Assembly: GCA_964035545.1 (NCBI GenBank)
Contig: OZ037772.1
Span: 8,239,150-8,303,149 of the forward strand
DNA length: 64,000 nucleotides
Direction of reading: 5' to 3'
Source of the DNA: Bugula neritina
Lineage: Eukaryota; Animalia; Bryozoa
Of the stretch, positions 1 through 14,000 are shown in pieces. Made by a program: the position numbers and the translations under genes. The notes under the pieces are model-generated. The model made no database searches. It worked only from the letters and a program-made list of their open reading frames with translations, and was not told the origin of the DNA. The first letter of the stretch is position 1. The number at the start of each line of letters is the position of its first letter.

Positions 1-3000
1 TGATGGCTGGGAAGGAGCTTGTCTGCATCGAACAAGTTCGGAAGGCCCTTGGTGGGCGGAGTCCAGGTAGTGCGGGACTGCACGGTTCCGGGGAGATCCC
101 AGGCGACTCTTCGCTGCAGAGTCAACTGCAAGGGGATCGCCGGCCTGGGGGTGGTTGAGGGAACGCACGGAGCGATCCGACTAGCAAACAGCCTGAATCG
201 GCTAGATTGTCGGCAGGAGCTCCTCGTGCAGTGCATCAACCCCTTCACGGAACCTGTCCGATTATCAACTGGAGCGCTGGTGGGGAAGTACCACTCCATC
301 CAGGAAGCGGATGTGGGTCCGGCACTGGAGACAGTGGCCGACACCCAGGGGAACCCCCCTCACACCAGACGAGGAGCAGTCCCAGAGCATATGGCTGACC
401 TATATGATGGAGCGTGTGGAAACTGTACAAGTAGTACTGAACGCCAAGTACTGGCTCAACTACTTGCAGAGTACAGTGATGTCTTCAGTCGTGGCGATGG
501 AGACATGGGGCTGACCAAGGTCATCTCCCACAAGATACCCCTGGCAGCCGGCACCACTCCCATCAGGCAGCCTACCCGGCGTCTAGGCCCGGAGAAGGAG
601 AAGGAGGTGAGCCGACAGGTACAGGATCTTCTCGACCGGGATCTGATTGAGCCTGCCCACGGTGCGTGGAGCTCTCCAGTAGTCCTGGTCAAGAAGAAGG
701 ATGGTAGCTGGAGATTCTGCGTGGACTACCGCAGACTCAACAGTGTTACCATCCAGGACGCCTACCCTCTCCCACGGATAGATGAGTTTCTAGATGCCCT
801 CGCGGGTAGCAAGTACTTCAGTACTTTGGATCTGCTTAGCGGGTACTGGCAAGTACCCCTCAGTCCTGATGCCCAGGATAAAGCAGCATTCATCACCCGC
901 GACGGGCTCTGGAAGTAGAAAGTACTGCCATTTGGATTAACGTCCGCTCCGGCAACTTTCCAACGGCTCATGGAGCAGGTCCTCAGTGGGTTACACTGGA
1001 AGACCCTCCTCATCTATCTGGACGACGTCATTGTCATCTCCCCAGACTTCTCGACCCATGTCAGTCGTCTGCGGGAGGTCTTTGACCGTCTCCGGGCAGC
1101 TGGACTGAAGCTAAAGCCCTCCAAGTGTGCACTCCTGCAGCCGGAAGTCACGTACCTTGGCCATGTGGTTGGCCGTGACGGGGTCGCTACCGACCCGGAG
1201 AAGGTACAAGCTGTGAAGGAGTGGACCGTCCCCCGTGACCTCCCTGAGTTGCGTGCGTTCCTGGGCCTAGTAGGGTACTACCGGCAGTACATACCTGGCT
1301 TCGCAGGAGTGGCTCAGCCGTTAAATCGGCTGACCGCAAAGGGGGTCCGGTGGCAGTGGACACAGGAGGAGCAGCAGGCATTTGACCACCTCAAGCAGCG
1401 GCTAATGGAGGCGCCAATTCTGGCGTATCCTGACCCAGCCCAAGAGTACATCCTGGACACTGACGCCAGCGACCACAGCGTGGGAGCTGTCCTGTCTCAA
1501 GTTCAGGGTGGAAGTGAGGTGGTCGTAGCTTACTACAGCAAGACTCTCGCGGCCGCCGAGAAGAACTACTGCACCACTAGGAAGGAACTCCTAGCAGTAG
1601 TCAAGGCGGTCTGTATGGGAGAACGTTCCGTTTGCGAACAGACCATGCATCACTGATATGGCTGTGTAAACGTGCAGAGCCCTTGAGCCAGGTGGCTCGT
1701 TGGCTAGAGATTCTTGCCGAGTTCTCTTACCGGATAGAACACCGTGCTGGCCGGAAGCACGGGAACGCTGACGGCATGAGCCGCCGGCCGGTAGGAGACT
1801 GTAAGCAGTGCCTGCACATTGAGAAGCGGGACGGGGGACCCGCTCGCCTTGACGTGGAAACAGAGTTAGGGGAGGGCGCCGTCTATCGGTGGGAGCACGG
1901 CCATCTTCGGACCGAAACCCACTCAGACGACGTCCAGGCGCTCCACGCCAACCCCACTCTGTACCAGAATGTCAAGGAGCTGTGCCGACTCCAGGAGACG
2001 CTACCCGGCGCGGTAGCGGACATTTTCCGGGCCAAGAAGGAGGGCCGACGACCTAGCGAGGAACAGCAGCGGCAGGGAGACATTGAGTTCCAACTCCTCT
2101 GTCGTCGCTGGGATGCCCTCAAGGTCAGTCCTGATGGCCTCCTGATGATAACGTTAGCAGCAGACAACCGTCAGCAAGAGAGGGACCGCGTCGTCTGTCC
2201 ACGTGCCCTCCGACGGGAACTGATCTGGGACACCCATAAGCAGGCTCATTCTGGAGTCAGTCGGGTCATCAGGTGTCTGCGGCTGCGTTGGTATTGGCCC
2301 GGAATGACTCGGGACGTACGACTGCGGGTACGGCAATGCGAGGTCTGCCAAGCTAGCAAGCATGGCCGCCCCACGGAAACCACTGGTCGACGCCGGCTAT
2401 ACGCTGGTCGACCGTGGCAAGTAGTGGCGGTAGACCTCGTCGGGCCTATGCCGTTATCCGCCAGAGGGAACACCTGGATACTGGTGCTCACGGACCACTT
2501 TACCCGGTGGGCAGATGCTCTGGCTATTCCAGACGCAACAGCCCCCACGGTGGCCCGGACCCTGGACCAACATGTGTTCTGTTACCTCGGTTTACCCGAG
2601 CAGATACATACGGACCAGGGTGCCCAGTTCCAGTCCCAGCTCATGGGAGACCTCTGCCGGATATGGGGGGTGAACCAGAGTCGGACCACCCCAGATCACC
2701 CGCAAGGGAACGGAGTCGTCGAGCGGAACAACAGGATGTTGGGTGACGCCCTCAGGAGCCTGCTCCTTGGTCGAGGTCAGGAAGAATGGGACGTGGTGCT
2801 GCCGCAAATCATGCGGGCTTACCGCAGCACACCACACTCCGCCACGCAGGAGACCCCAAACTTCCTGATGCTAGGCCGAGAGACGCGGGTTCCGGAACAC
2901 CTGACATACCATGTTCCTGCCCCCGAGTCACCGGTACACGAATATGTGGAGGGTCTGATAGACATCATGGGCAAAGCTCATGATGCACTGCGTACCAAGC

Positions 3001-5035
3001 AGTGGCAGACCCGCACAGAGGACTTGGAAGAGCCCCCGTTGTACCAAGTGGGAGACTGGGTCTGGATGGTGAGCTACCGTAGGCGACGCGGACAGTCGGC
3101 TAAACTTCAGCCCAAGTTCGTCGGTCCCTACTGTGTAGTGGAGGTGCTCCCCAACCACACATACCGTGTGGAGCGCTCTGGACAGGTCTCGGTCCAGAGC
3201 GAGCAGCGCCTGAAGCCTTACCATGCCAGCCCAGACGCAGTGGGTGAGGCTCCACCCCTCCTGGAGCCCCACCGCCAGCCCAACCGTCGAGGACGGGCCA
3301 CCCAGCCCCGAGAGGTGGAAATTGTGGTTCCCAGAGAGTCGGACCAGGAGCAGGCCGCCTTGATAGAGCAGCTGGAGCGACAGCAGAGAGAAGAGCGGGA
3401 ACAGGAACAGCGGCAAGCCCTAGGACCACCACCCTCCCTGGGGGAGGACACCCCCACCCCCGTGTTGGGTGAAGGCGGGGACCCCCCTACTAGGGTAGCC
3501 CAGGAGCCACCAACACCACAGGTGCCTGTTCCAATTGAGAGGAGCCAGCGGTCAAGAAGACCCCCCAGGTATCTGGCAGACTATGCTGTAGGGCACCTGG
3601 AGTGGCCCCCTCATGAAGACAACCCACCCAGTACGGACGACCACCCCATCTTGGCTGGAAATTCCCTCCATCACCCCGGAGAATTCCACCAAGAAGAAGA
3701 TTTCACACAGCTAGCACGTGAGTTACAGCTCAAGTTGAATTCTAATCCTGATACCCCTAAGTATAATTTAAACACTGTTATTCAGACACTAGCATCAGCT
3801 ATGGGAATTACCTCGCCAGATACCCAAACAGAGGAGCGTAAGGATACCGAGGAGGCCAGTCGATCCGACTCCCCTCCCCCACCAGCTCCTGTTTTGGCTC
3901 CCGCAGCCAGCAGTACAACACCCCCTCTTCCGAGGTGTGTTCCGCCAGCGTTAGTGGCCCTGACCCCGAACCGGTTGAGCTCCAGCTCACAGCTGGGGAG
4001 GAGCAGGGCAATCTATACGGCGACCACCTCGCAGGCAGAGACGAAGAGGACTCTCCAATACTGGCAATGCCTCGGGCCCTGGTCGCCCGCCAGTATTGGA
4101 TATCTGGAGCACCAGGCAACCAGATAGAAGAACAGACTCAGCCAACCCACCCACAATTGCCCCGTCACGGGCAGAGTATGGCACTTCCTTACCGAGAGTG
4201 CGTCCTGGATAGCGCAATCGAGGCCTGGTCCCATATCCTCGATCCAAGTACAGAAGAAATAGAAAGCCTGGTGCACCACCTCTAATGATAAAACCGGACA
4301 ACCAGGGGCCGCTGGCAATAGCCAACTGAACTGTAAATGTTCTCGTGTTACGTGTGATTAATCTTAATACTTTCCTGTTAACCGCATATTTTTCTACGTT
4401 TGTGTTTCATTTTTTTTTGTGTGGGATCATTGTTTTGTTATCGAAAAGGGGATGCTTTTCGATGGGGGGAGAATGTGATAGATTCTCATCCTCTACTCAA
4501 GTAACTGCGTGTGTCAGTATTATAATTACTGTTGCGTATATTTTGAATGCTGTAATTGTAGCTAAGTTGCACTAGCTTTCTAATGCCTTATTATTGTGAT
4601 TAAGCTTTCAGTATAATGTAATTTTCATTAAATACGCATTTCCAGAGTTATTTTCCCTTTTTGCTATTTTATCGTTTTGCATTAATACTGATACTGGAAA
4701 TTTGTGTAGCTTTTATGAATGCCTTCAATAGGTTGTTATTATAGCTAAATTCTTGGCCTATTGAATTATTCATTCTCCTTTGTCTATTTTTCTTTTGTTA
4801 CTGCCAAGCTTAACTTTCTTTTGTCTGTTGGAACATTCTAGATGTGAATTCTTGTGTATAAAAGCAGGCGAGTTTCCAGTGTAGATTCAGACTACTACTG
4901 GAGCTCGCTGGTAGTAGGACCACATAAGCTGTATTTGATGCTAATAAAGTTATCTTCATTCGTATTCAGATACTTGGCTTATTCTCTCTAGAGCATGTAG
5001 GCACTAGTTGCATTCAAAACCCACAGTTTACTACA
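1..5035 (+). mobile_element. Ty3/Gypsy LTR retrotransposon (element A), 5' end outside the window; pol disrupted; 3' LTR 4474-5035
   Basis: Pol order RT (WSSPVVLV, FCVDYRRLN, YLDD), RNase H (DTDAS..ELLAVV), integrase (H..H..C..C, DLVGP, DQGAQF, NGVVER, GPY). In-frame TAG at 916-918 and a ~19-nt deletion frameshift near 1610. Polypurine tract 4464-4473, then LTR TGTGATAG...TTACTACA, which matches the solo LTR at 41489-42061. Confidence 0.95.
19..4127 (+). pseudogene. pol: Disrupted pol of element A (ORF pieces 19-918, 970-1656, 1632-4127)
   Basis: RT, RNase H and integrase motifs are split over three ORFs by a stop and a frameshift. A Pro/Gln-rich extension follows the integrase. Confidence 0.9.
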
Positions 5036-6996
5036 CACTGATGGTAAATTTTTCTAAACCCCAAACCCCAACCCTTAAACCCCAACGCCAAACTCAAACC
5101 CCCATCCCCATAATCAAACCCTCAATTTCAAACACCCAACCCCATCCTAAACCCTAATAATGAAAATGTGCCATTTCTACCTACTTTGCCATTTGTGCCA
5201 TTATGACCAGTGCCATTATTACCTGTGATATTTTTACCGGTGCCAATTATACCGGACATCCCAATAGAAAACTCGAAAATAGAGATTTCACAAATAGATA
5301 ATTCGAAAATAAACATTTGGAAAATAAACATTTAGAAAAAAAGAATCGTGATTAAAATAACCTAGCCTGGAGAAGGCTATTCAAATCTGGTCGGGTTCAA
5401 AATGACTGATTGTCAAGGTGGAAAATTTTAAATTATTGAACTATTTGGTAACTAACAACACTTTCGTGATAGCGTAACTGGTGAGTGGGTGACACGACAT
5501 TTTGAAAGTGACAGTTGAAAAACACATATTTGGAAAACAGACAACTAGAAAATAGACAATTGGAAAATAGACGATTAGAAAATAGACATTTGGAAAAATG
5601 ACATTTGGAAAATGGCACGGTCTACTCTGGTGGGAGCTCAACCGGGTCAAGAAAAGCTTAATGGAAACTTAGGCAATTTTAGATTAGAACTATTTGGTAG
5701 CAAACACTATTTCCGTAAAAACCTGATTCTTATGGCGTTTATATTTATTGCTAAAAGTTTTAAATCAGGTAAAATTATTTCATTTAGTAGCTACTAATTA
5801 TTTGGTACTAGTTAATATGTATGTCCAATATATATTCTTTATTAACTCTAAATTATTTTCTCTCTTTCTTTCAAGTTTTAATTTATACTTATACATAGTT
5901 GTGATAAATTTCTATATGATAACTCACTGCACACATCTCCAGTTTTTTTTGTAAAATTAGCGTAACTTAAGCGGTTTACTGTATAATCAAAAGTTCCTAC
6001 CATTAGGCACTCTTTGAACAATTATAAGTCTTTTCTTACTTTATAAAAGCCGTGATGTTACTAATCCAATCATTTCGATTATGATAGTCTGATAATCCAA
6101 CGTGCTGCTCCCTTCGAAAGGAAAAACATAACAAAATACTAGGAAAATATGTATGCAAACATTTTAAACAACTACTCTCACGATAACGTATGTCAATGAC
6201 ATTGGTTTCTGTCATCATTAGAATATCATACTCCATCTTGTTTTCAAAATTACAGCTAAAACTGAAGATGCTGTGAAGGTGTCTACAGATATTCCTATCT
6301 GTACAGTTCTCACAAGTAGAATAGAAGCTCTCCTCAAACAGACCATAGCTGTGAACACTGTGAAAGAGTCTGGATACAGTGTGACAGAACTGGTAGAGAC
6401 AACCCAGAGACTGGCACAGAAGTTAGATGGAGAGAAAGCTTTGAAGAAAATTAGAATGTTAGGCAAAATCCTAACAACTCTGCATACTGAACAGCATGCT
6501 GTCCAAGACCAAGCTATTGAATGGGAAAAAGAAAGTCAAACATTCCTTCATCTTCCTCAAACAGAAAGAATCATCTTAGAAAATATTGGAGAGGACAAAT
6601 TGGAAACATTGTCATCTGCCATTAGTCTGCTCCTCGACGATGTGATCGTGGCTTTCCCAACTCTAGACGTTTTTGAAGTCACTGAACAAGCTCGTGACAA
6701 GTTAGTTTCTCCAATCAAAGCTGACAGACTGAAGGGAATTGAGGGACTCGTTTCTGGTCTATTGCTGAACATCATACAGAATAGAGAGTTCCTGTTCCAA
6801 GACTTAGTCTCAGAAGTTACCCGTTTTTCACCAGAGGCAGTTGTCGAAAGTCTGAACCAGATCTACAGAATGAAAGAAGACGTACTAAATAGAGATGATC
6901 AAAGGTTTACAGATTCACAACAAGTGAATGAATTTACTGACAGATACACAGCTTGTGTCAAGTTCTTTGTTGACGATTTTGACTGTTTCCCTCTTC
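5036..6996 (+). repeat. Copy 1 of a near-identical ~2-kb duplicated block (intron plus 750-nt exon)
   Basis: Aligns almost base for base with 9046-11005, including non-coding sequence. Identity stops at GACTGTTTCCCTCTTCA. Confidence 0.95.
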
Positions 6997-8079
6997 AACC
7001 AAAGCAAGAGGTCAGTTGGTTAGCTTTTCTCATTAGTTAGGATTCGAAATTGACCGCATTATATTCATGTCATACTCTTTGCCCATCATCTTTCTAACGG
7101 TTATTTTTTGGCATGTTTCAGACCGAGAAGATGCTTTTGGAGCTGAAACCTACTGCAGAGGAGTTGAGATGCACGTTGAATGTTTACGATGTGTAAGTTT
7201 AATTGTGTAGTTGTGTTGATATTTTCATTATTCACTTCATTCCTTTCGATACGTCTAAAACTCTTAGCGATATCTCTGCTAACAACACTCTTTCAGTTAA
7301 TAAGTGCAAAGCCAAATATCAAATGTCGTCAGTTTTTGACCTGCAATAAAAAAGTTTTTTTCAAGTGATTTGATTTTGTAACTTTCTTTTGTTTGAGTTT
7401 ATCACGAGTTAGGCCTTTTGGGTGTTGGAATTTGTTTTTATAGTGTGGTGTCTCATTGATGAATTTCAGGTTAATTAAAGGCTATAAAGAAAGAGGTGCC
7501 TTTACACCGAAAGAAGTAAATTTTCTTGCGAGGTAAACAACTATAAAAGCTTTGCAGTTCTAATACTTTTAAAGTAGATTTTCTTATATAAGTCTCACAA
7601 ATGACAGGTTTTTCTATTTGTCGTAAACTCAAGGTTAAACTTGTTTTTAGGAAAGCAATATTCAAGGTGTTGAAAAATTCATTTTACTCAAATTCACTTA
7701 TGATATTTTTAAGCATTCTGTAGTAACTCTTTGAGTTTAAATTTTAGAATTTGATTTACCTGAAACACTAAAACTCAGTAGGTTTTACCACACAGTGCTA
7801 TGTTTGTAGAGTATGCACTTTTCTCCTTTAACATGCTAAACAGTGTTAGCTGTTTTTTCATTAGAAGCCACGACCTCAAAACGTCAGCTTTTTTTGAAAA
7901 AGATTAAACAGTATTTTCTCATCTGAGTCAACTAAAAAACAACTCTTTTTACAGTGAACAGCACAGTCTATGGTCGGCTGCCAACTCCCATCTTGCAAAT
8001 CTGTTGAAGTTCTCCCGAGAAGATGAGAGTGACAAAGAGGTTGGAGAACAGACAACTGAGGAAGGTGTTACTGGTCAAG
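6256..8079 (+). CDS. N-terminal module copy 1 (4 exons, ~338 aa, predicted helical, family not recognised)
   Basis: Exons 6256-7010, 7122-7192, 7470-7532 and 7955-8079 have canonical splice sites and are homologous exon for exon to copy 2 (e.g. AEELRCTLNVYDV vs AEELSCTVTAYDV; EQHSLWSAANS vs EQHNLWSAANS). Confidence 0.8.
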
Positions 8080-11000
8080 GTAGGTTGACATGTGATGTCA
8101 AGTGAGAACTCTTTGTAAGCAGACCGTTATAGCTGTTAAACTGTGAAACTGAATGGTGACACGACGTTTCAAACGTGTCAATTGAAAAATGAACGCTTGG
8201 AAAACAGACAAACCGACAATAGACTGCAGTTCAAAAGTTGAAATTTTGCAAATAAACAATTGTAAAATGAACATTTAAAAAATGAAAAAATATTTAACAT
8301 AGTCTAGTCCAAAAAAAGCTGTTCAAAATTCGGCCCAATCCAAAATAGTGTAGTATTTGTGCAATTACTGTGCGTGAGTTTTCTACTTGCGTATTTAGTT
8401 GGCTATTCTACTAGCAATTACTAAGGTAGCTGTCGAGTAATTACTTTTATTATTTACAATACAATACAAAACAAACATTACATCAAATTACACTATAACA
8501 TCAGTCACTACTAATACATGTTTACACTTCAAGCCCTCGCTTACAACAACGTGATGATTGCTAATTGCCCGGGAACTGTCACATGAGTCAGAAATACATC
8601 TTCCAGTTCTCTTTATTGGTTAATACATTGGGGCCTTAGTATTCCCCGAACGGAGAGAGGACGATTCTTATATTAGTACATTGCGTGACCCACTACAATA
8701 GCTTATTGGCAACCGAGGAAGGTGTTACTGTTCAAAGTAAGTTGACATGTGATGTCAAGTGAGAATAGAAACTTTTTGGACGCAGATCCATAATAGCTGT
8801 TAAGCTGGGGAACATGAAGTGGTCTTTTTATGTGAAGCTGTATATAGTGATATAATATTTCGCAAAATGTCAATTGGAAATGGAACAATTGAAAAACCAA
8901 CAGATCACCAATAGAAATAAATGACTTTAGGTAAAAGTGGGACTGATAAAAATGGCACAGGTAAAAAACGGCACGGGTAAGAATGGCAAAGGTAATAATG
9001 GCACCACTAATAAATGCACAAATAGAAGAGTAGGAAAAAATGGCACACCGATGGTAAATTTTTCTAAACCCCAAAACCATAACCCTTAAACCCCAACGCC
9101 AAACTCTAACCCCCATCCCATAATCAAACCTTCAATTTCAAACACCCAACCCCATCCCAAACCCTAATATTGAAAATGTGCCATTTCTACTTACTTTGCC
9201 ATTTGTGCCATTACGACCAGTGCCATTATTACCTGTGTTATTTTTAACGGTGCCATTTTTACCGGACATCCCAATAGAAAACACGAAAATAGAGATTTCA
9301 CAAATAGATAATTCAAAAATAAACATTTGGAAAATGAAAGTTTAGAAAAAAAGAATCAGTGATTAAAACAGCATAGCCTGGAAAAAGCTATTCAAATCTG
9401 GTCGGGTTCAAAATGACTGATTGTCAAGGTGGAAAATTTTAAATTATTGAACTATTTGGTAACTAACAACACTTCCGTAATAGCGTAACTGGTGAGTGGG
9501 TGACACAACATTTTGAAAGTGACAGTTGGAAAACACATATTTGGAAAACAGACAACTAGAAAATAGACAATTGGAAAATAGACGATTAGAAAATAGACAT
9601 TTGGGAAAATGACATTTGGAAAATGGCACGGCCTACTTTGGTGGGAGCTCAACCGGGTCAAGAAAAGCTTAATGGAAACTTAGGCAATTTTAGATTAGAA
9701 CTATTTGGTAGCAAACACTACTCCCGTAAAAGCCTGATTCTTATGGCGTTTATATTTATTGCTAGAAGTTTTAAATCAGGTAAAATTATTTCATTTATTA
9801 GTTACTAATTATTTGGTACTAGTTAATATGTATGTCCAATATATATTCTTTATTAACTCTAAATTATTTTCTCTTTTCCTTTCAAGTTTTAACTCATACT
9901 TATACATAGTTGTGATAGATTTCTATATGATAACTCACTGCACACAGCTCCAGTTTTTTGTAAAATTAGCGTAACTTAAGCGGTTTACTGTATAATCAAA
10001 AGTTCCTACCATTAGGCACTCTTTGAACAATTATAAGTCTTTTCTTACTTTATAAAAGCCGTGATGTTACTAATCCAATCATTTCGATTATGATAGTCTG
10101 ATAATCCAACGTGCCGCTCTCTTCAAAAGGAAAGACATAACAAAATTCTAGGCAAATATGTATGCAAACATTTTAAACAACTACTCTCAAGATAACGTAT
10201 GTCAATGACATTGATTTCTGTCATCATTAGAATATCATACTCCATCTTGTTTTCAAAATTACAGCTAAAACTGAAGATGCTGTGAAGGTGTCTACAGATA
10301 TTCCTATCTGTACAGTTCTCACAAGTAGAATAGAAGCTCTCCTCAAACAGACCATAGCTGTGAACACAGTGAAAGAGTCTGGATACAGTGTGACAGAACT
10401 GGTAGAGACAACCCAGAGACTGGCACAGAAGCTAGATGGAGGGAAAGCTTTGAAGAAAATTAGAATGTTAGTCAAAATCCTAACAACCCTGCATACTGAA
10501 CAGCATGCTGTCCAAGACCAAGCTATTGAATGGGAAAAAGAAAGTCAAACATTCCTTCATCTTCCTCAAACAGGAAAAATCATCATAGAAAATATTGGAG
10601 AGGACAAATTGGAAACATTGTCATCTGCCGTTAGTCTGCTCCTCGACGATGTAATCGTGGCTTTCCCAACTCTAGAGGTCTTTGAAGTCACTGAACATGC
10701 TCGTGACAAGTTAGTTTCTCCAATCAAAGCTGACAGACTGAAGGGAATTGAGGGACTCATTTCTGGTTTAATTCTGAACATCATACAGAATAGAGAGTTC
10801 CTGTGCCAAGACTTAGTCTCAGAAGTTACCCGTTTTTCACCAGAGGCAGTTGTCGAAAGTCTTAACCAGATCTACAAAATGAAAGAAGACGTACTAAATA
10901 GAGATGGTCACAGGTTTACAGATACACAACAACTGAATGAATTTACTGACAGATACGCAGCTTGTGTCAAGTTCTTTGTTGAAGATTTTGACTGTTTCCC

Positions 11001-14000
11001 TCTTCATAACAAAATGGTTAGTAATTTGTAATAATTTGCTTTTCTTACAAAATTTATTGGTGACTTTTCAATAACGCGCATCCAATGTTCATATTATGTT
11101 TGTGCTACATGTTAGCTTAAGATGCTGATAGAATTGTTTGCACTTTTGCAATATATGCGGTCAGTGAATGTTTTTCATATACTTGTTGCAGGACTTTCTG
11201 ACGGGTGTTTTATTTTTTAGACTGTTATGGAGAAGCTTCTAGATTCTTGTCTATCCGCTGAGGAACTCAGCTGTACCGTAACAGCATATGACGTGTAAGT
11301 CTATAAACCATGCTTTCTTCACTGTTGCTTTCCTCGTTTTTTCCTGTACATTATTTGCTTGGTCTGCCATTTTTTCTTAAAAAACCTATTAGTCAAATTC
11401 TTTATTGCTGCCTTGAATATTTTTAGTTAGTTAATCTTTTTTTAAAAACACTAGAGTAGCCGACTGTAACTTTTTAAAAGATGTTATGTTTGTATTTTTG
11501 TGTATGCACAACTGCTTGTTTTTGATATTTCACAGCTTGATCCATGGTTTAGAAGGAAAGCCTGAAGATGTTAACCTTCTTGCTAAGTATGATTTTGCAA
11601 CTCTGTTTCATTTCGTTAAAATACGTCAAGTTTTACCACGTTGTAAGAAGTTGCTGCCTCGCGGTTATTCAATAAGTTTTACAGCATACGATCCTAATCT
11701 ATTTTTAAAATAGTTCAGCTTTAGAGTCTTTAAGCTATTTTATGGCATATGGTAATTTTGTACAACATTGCATGGCTTGAACCTATCATTTCTTATTCTA
11801 TGTAAAGTTTATCATGTTATGAAAAACTCAAATGGTTCTCTAGAGAACAGCACAACCTGTGGTCTGCAGCAAATTCTCTTCTGGGCGAACTGCAAGCATC
11901 TTATTCTGAGGATGAGGCTAAAGAGACAATGGAAGCTATAACAGGTAGAGGTTCAATGGTTGTTTAAAATGAATAAATTTGAATTGTTTTATCAGTTTTA
12001 TTAGATTAATAATATTATTTCTGATCAATAATGTACACTATAGATATTTTTTCAGAAACTGCAAATGTCTTAACTTTTGTGTCCAAATATGTTTTAGATC
12101 CAAAAACTCAAAAAAAGAAGGCACAGAAAAGAAAAGATGCACCACCTTCTAAATGTTAGTAGCAATTTTCTAAATTTTATCGGTAACCTAAAAACAAACA
12201 CACAGTTTAAGGTTATAACTTTCCAAATTCAGGCACTGCTTTATGTTATATATAAACGGTTTTCAAGGGATAGCTCAAACAGGTTTTTGTCTCACATTAA
12301 CAAATTATTAATGAAATGATAGCTCTCGCATTCCTCTTCCATGCACTTTTTTATTTTTTCAAAAGAAAATTTTCTGATAAAGTTGTTAGGCAATAAGTAA
12401 ATCTTTACACCCTCAATGTTTCACTGCTGTAGCATAAGGGATTAATTTTATTAAGTTTAAAATTCAAACTTGACGTTCCTTGATATGTTTTCTCTGATAT
12501 ACTTTCTTTGTTTTTTGAAAATCAGTTTATGCTCCTCGCAATTTGGTCAAATCATACATCATTTTGCAAATTTTTTTGCAGTTATCTACATTCTTTATGT
12601 GGTGGAAATCTAGCTACGCTCCTGTGACTAATGATAACTTCCCTAGTACATTTGCAGCACTGGCACTTGTATAGTATAAGTAAAGGCAGAGTTAGTGAAG
12701 CGTGACTAACGAGCACTCAAATACAAGGCATATTGAAGGGGTGTATAAGTTAGGAAATATTTGAAAGGGGGACAATGTTTTTTAACAAGCTATAACTTAA
12801 AAATGAAGGGGCCTTCGAAAAAATTAAAAAAGTATATTGGAGAACATAAGTTTTTTGTTGTTGCTGTAACACTCAACCTGTTCGAGCTATTGGTGGAACA
12901 TTGTTCATATAGAACATAAAGCACCTGGCAAAGAGCCAGAAACTGAAAAAGCATAACCTCAAACTAACTGTGTGCAGCTGTTGGGCTTTCAGTAATTTTA
13001 TAAAAGTAAGAGGTGGTTGAACACTAGTATTAATTTGATCTTGAAAATTTGATGTAAAGTATGTCTTGACCTAAGCATTGTTGGCTTCTTTTGTTCTCGA
13101 GAGACAATGGCTGCACCAGGTAGAGTCATTTTAAGTTGTTGCATTTTTCCATATTACTGTCGAGGCCAATAGGAAAGTGGCAATGGTTGTTGCAGAAACT
13201 ACTACATTTGTAGCTTTTTTGCACCTACTCCGTAGATTTTAGTCTCTAAGTGGATGTTTTTTCTCAAATGGTTACTGCGGTTCTGCTCAGCATGCCTGGT
13301 ATCATTCTTTACTACACACCTTCAAAACCCCGAGCTTTCTCATGGCTGCATGTCAATTCCAGCGCTCCTCCTGTCTTTTTTGCTGGTGTCTCTGGAGCAT
13401 AATCTGAGATGGTCCTAAGGTCTGGGGCCTAAAAGTTCCCGATGCAATAGATCTTGATGAATCTGGCCATCTCCCTTTTTGCACATGTCTAAGTTATTGA
13501 AAACACCTCTGTTTCAAAAAAGTAAAAATTGTCTGCTTTACAGCACGTTGCAGAATGCCAGTATTGAGGATTATGTCTTGTCATTTGATCGGGGTATGCA
13601 TTTTAGACAGCAGAGATGAAGCTTTCTATTCAGTTTTATAGGGTGTTAGGATGTTTAGGTTTTGCCGGAGTCAAGTAGTTTAGACAAAATGTATGCCCTG
13701 TATACATTCATATTAGTGTTTGCTGACAGACTGTTGCTTGTTGGCATGTACTCTCTCGTGTAGCTTGGATATTCCTGCAAAAGCTTTGGCACTCCTTAAA
13801 TTGATCTTAGGCTCAAGTGAGTGGCTTGCGCTGATGGTAAAGCTTAGATACCAAAATATGTCAACTGAGTTCTGCTGACATTTTGCAGATGTTTAACTTT
13901 GACATCTGTATGCTAATGGTAAAGTGGTAGCTGCCACCTGAATTTTGCCACCTGCCTCATCTTGGCTTCGGCTTACAATGTGGCAAAATGGTCGGCTTGA

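Noticed and set aside
2928-4325. Antisense and overlapping ORFs within elements A and C
   Set aside because: Expected by-products of GC-rich pol sequence, with no recognisable motifs.
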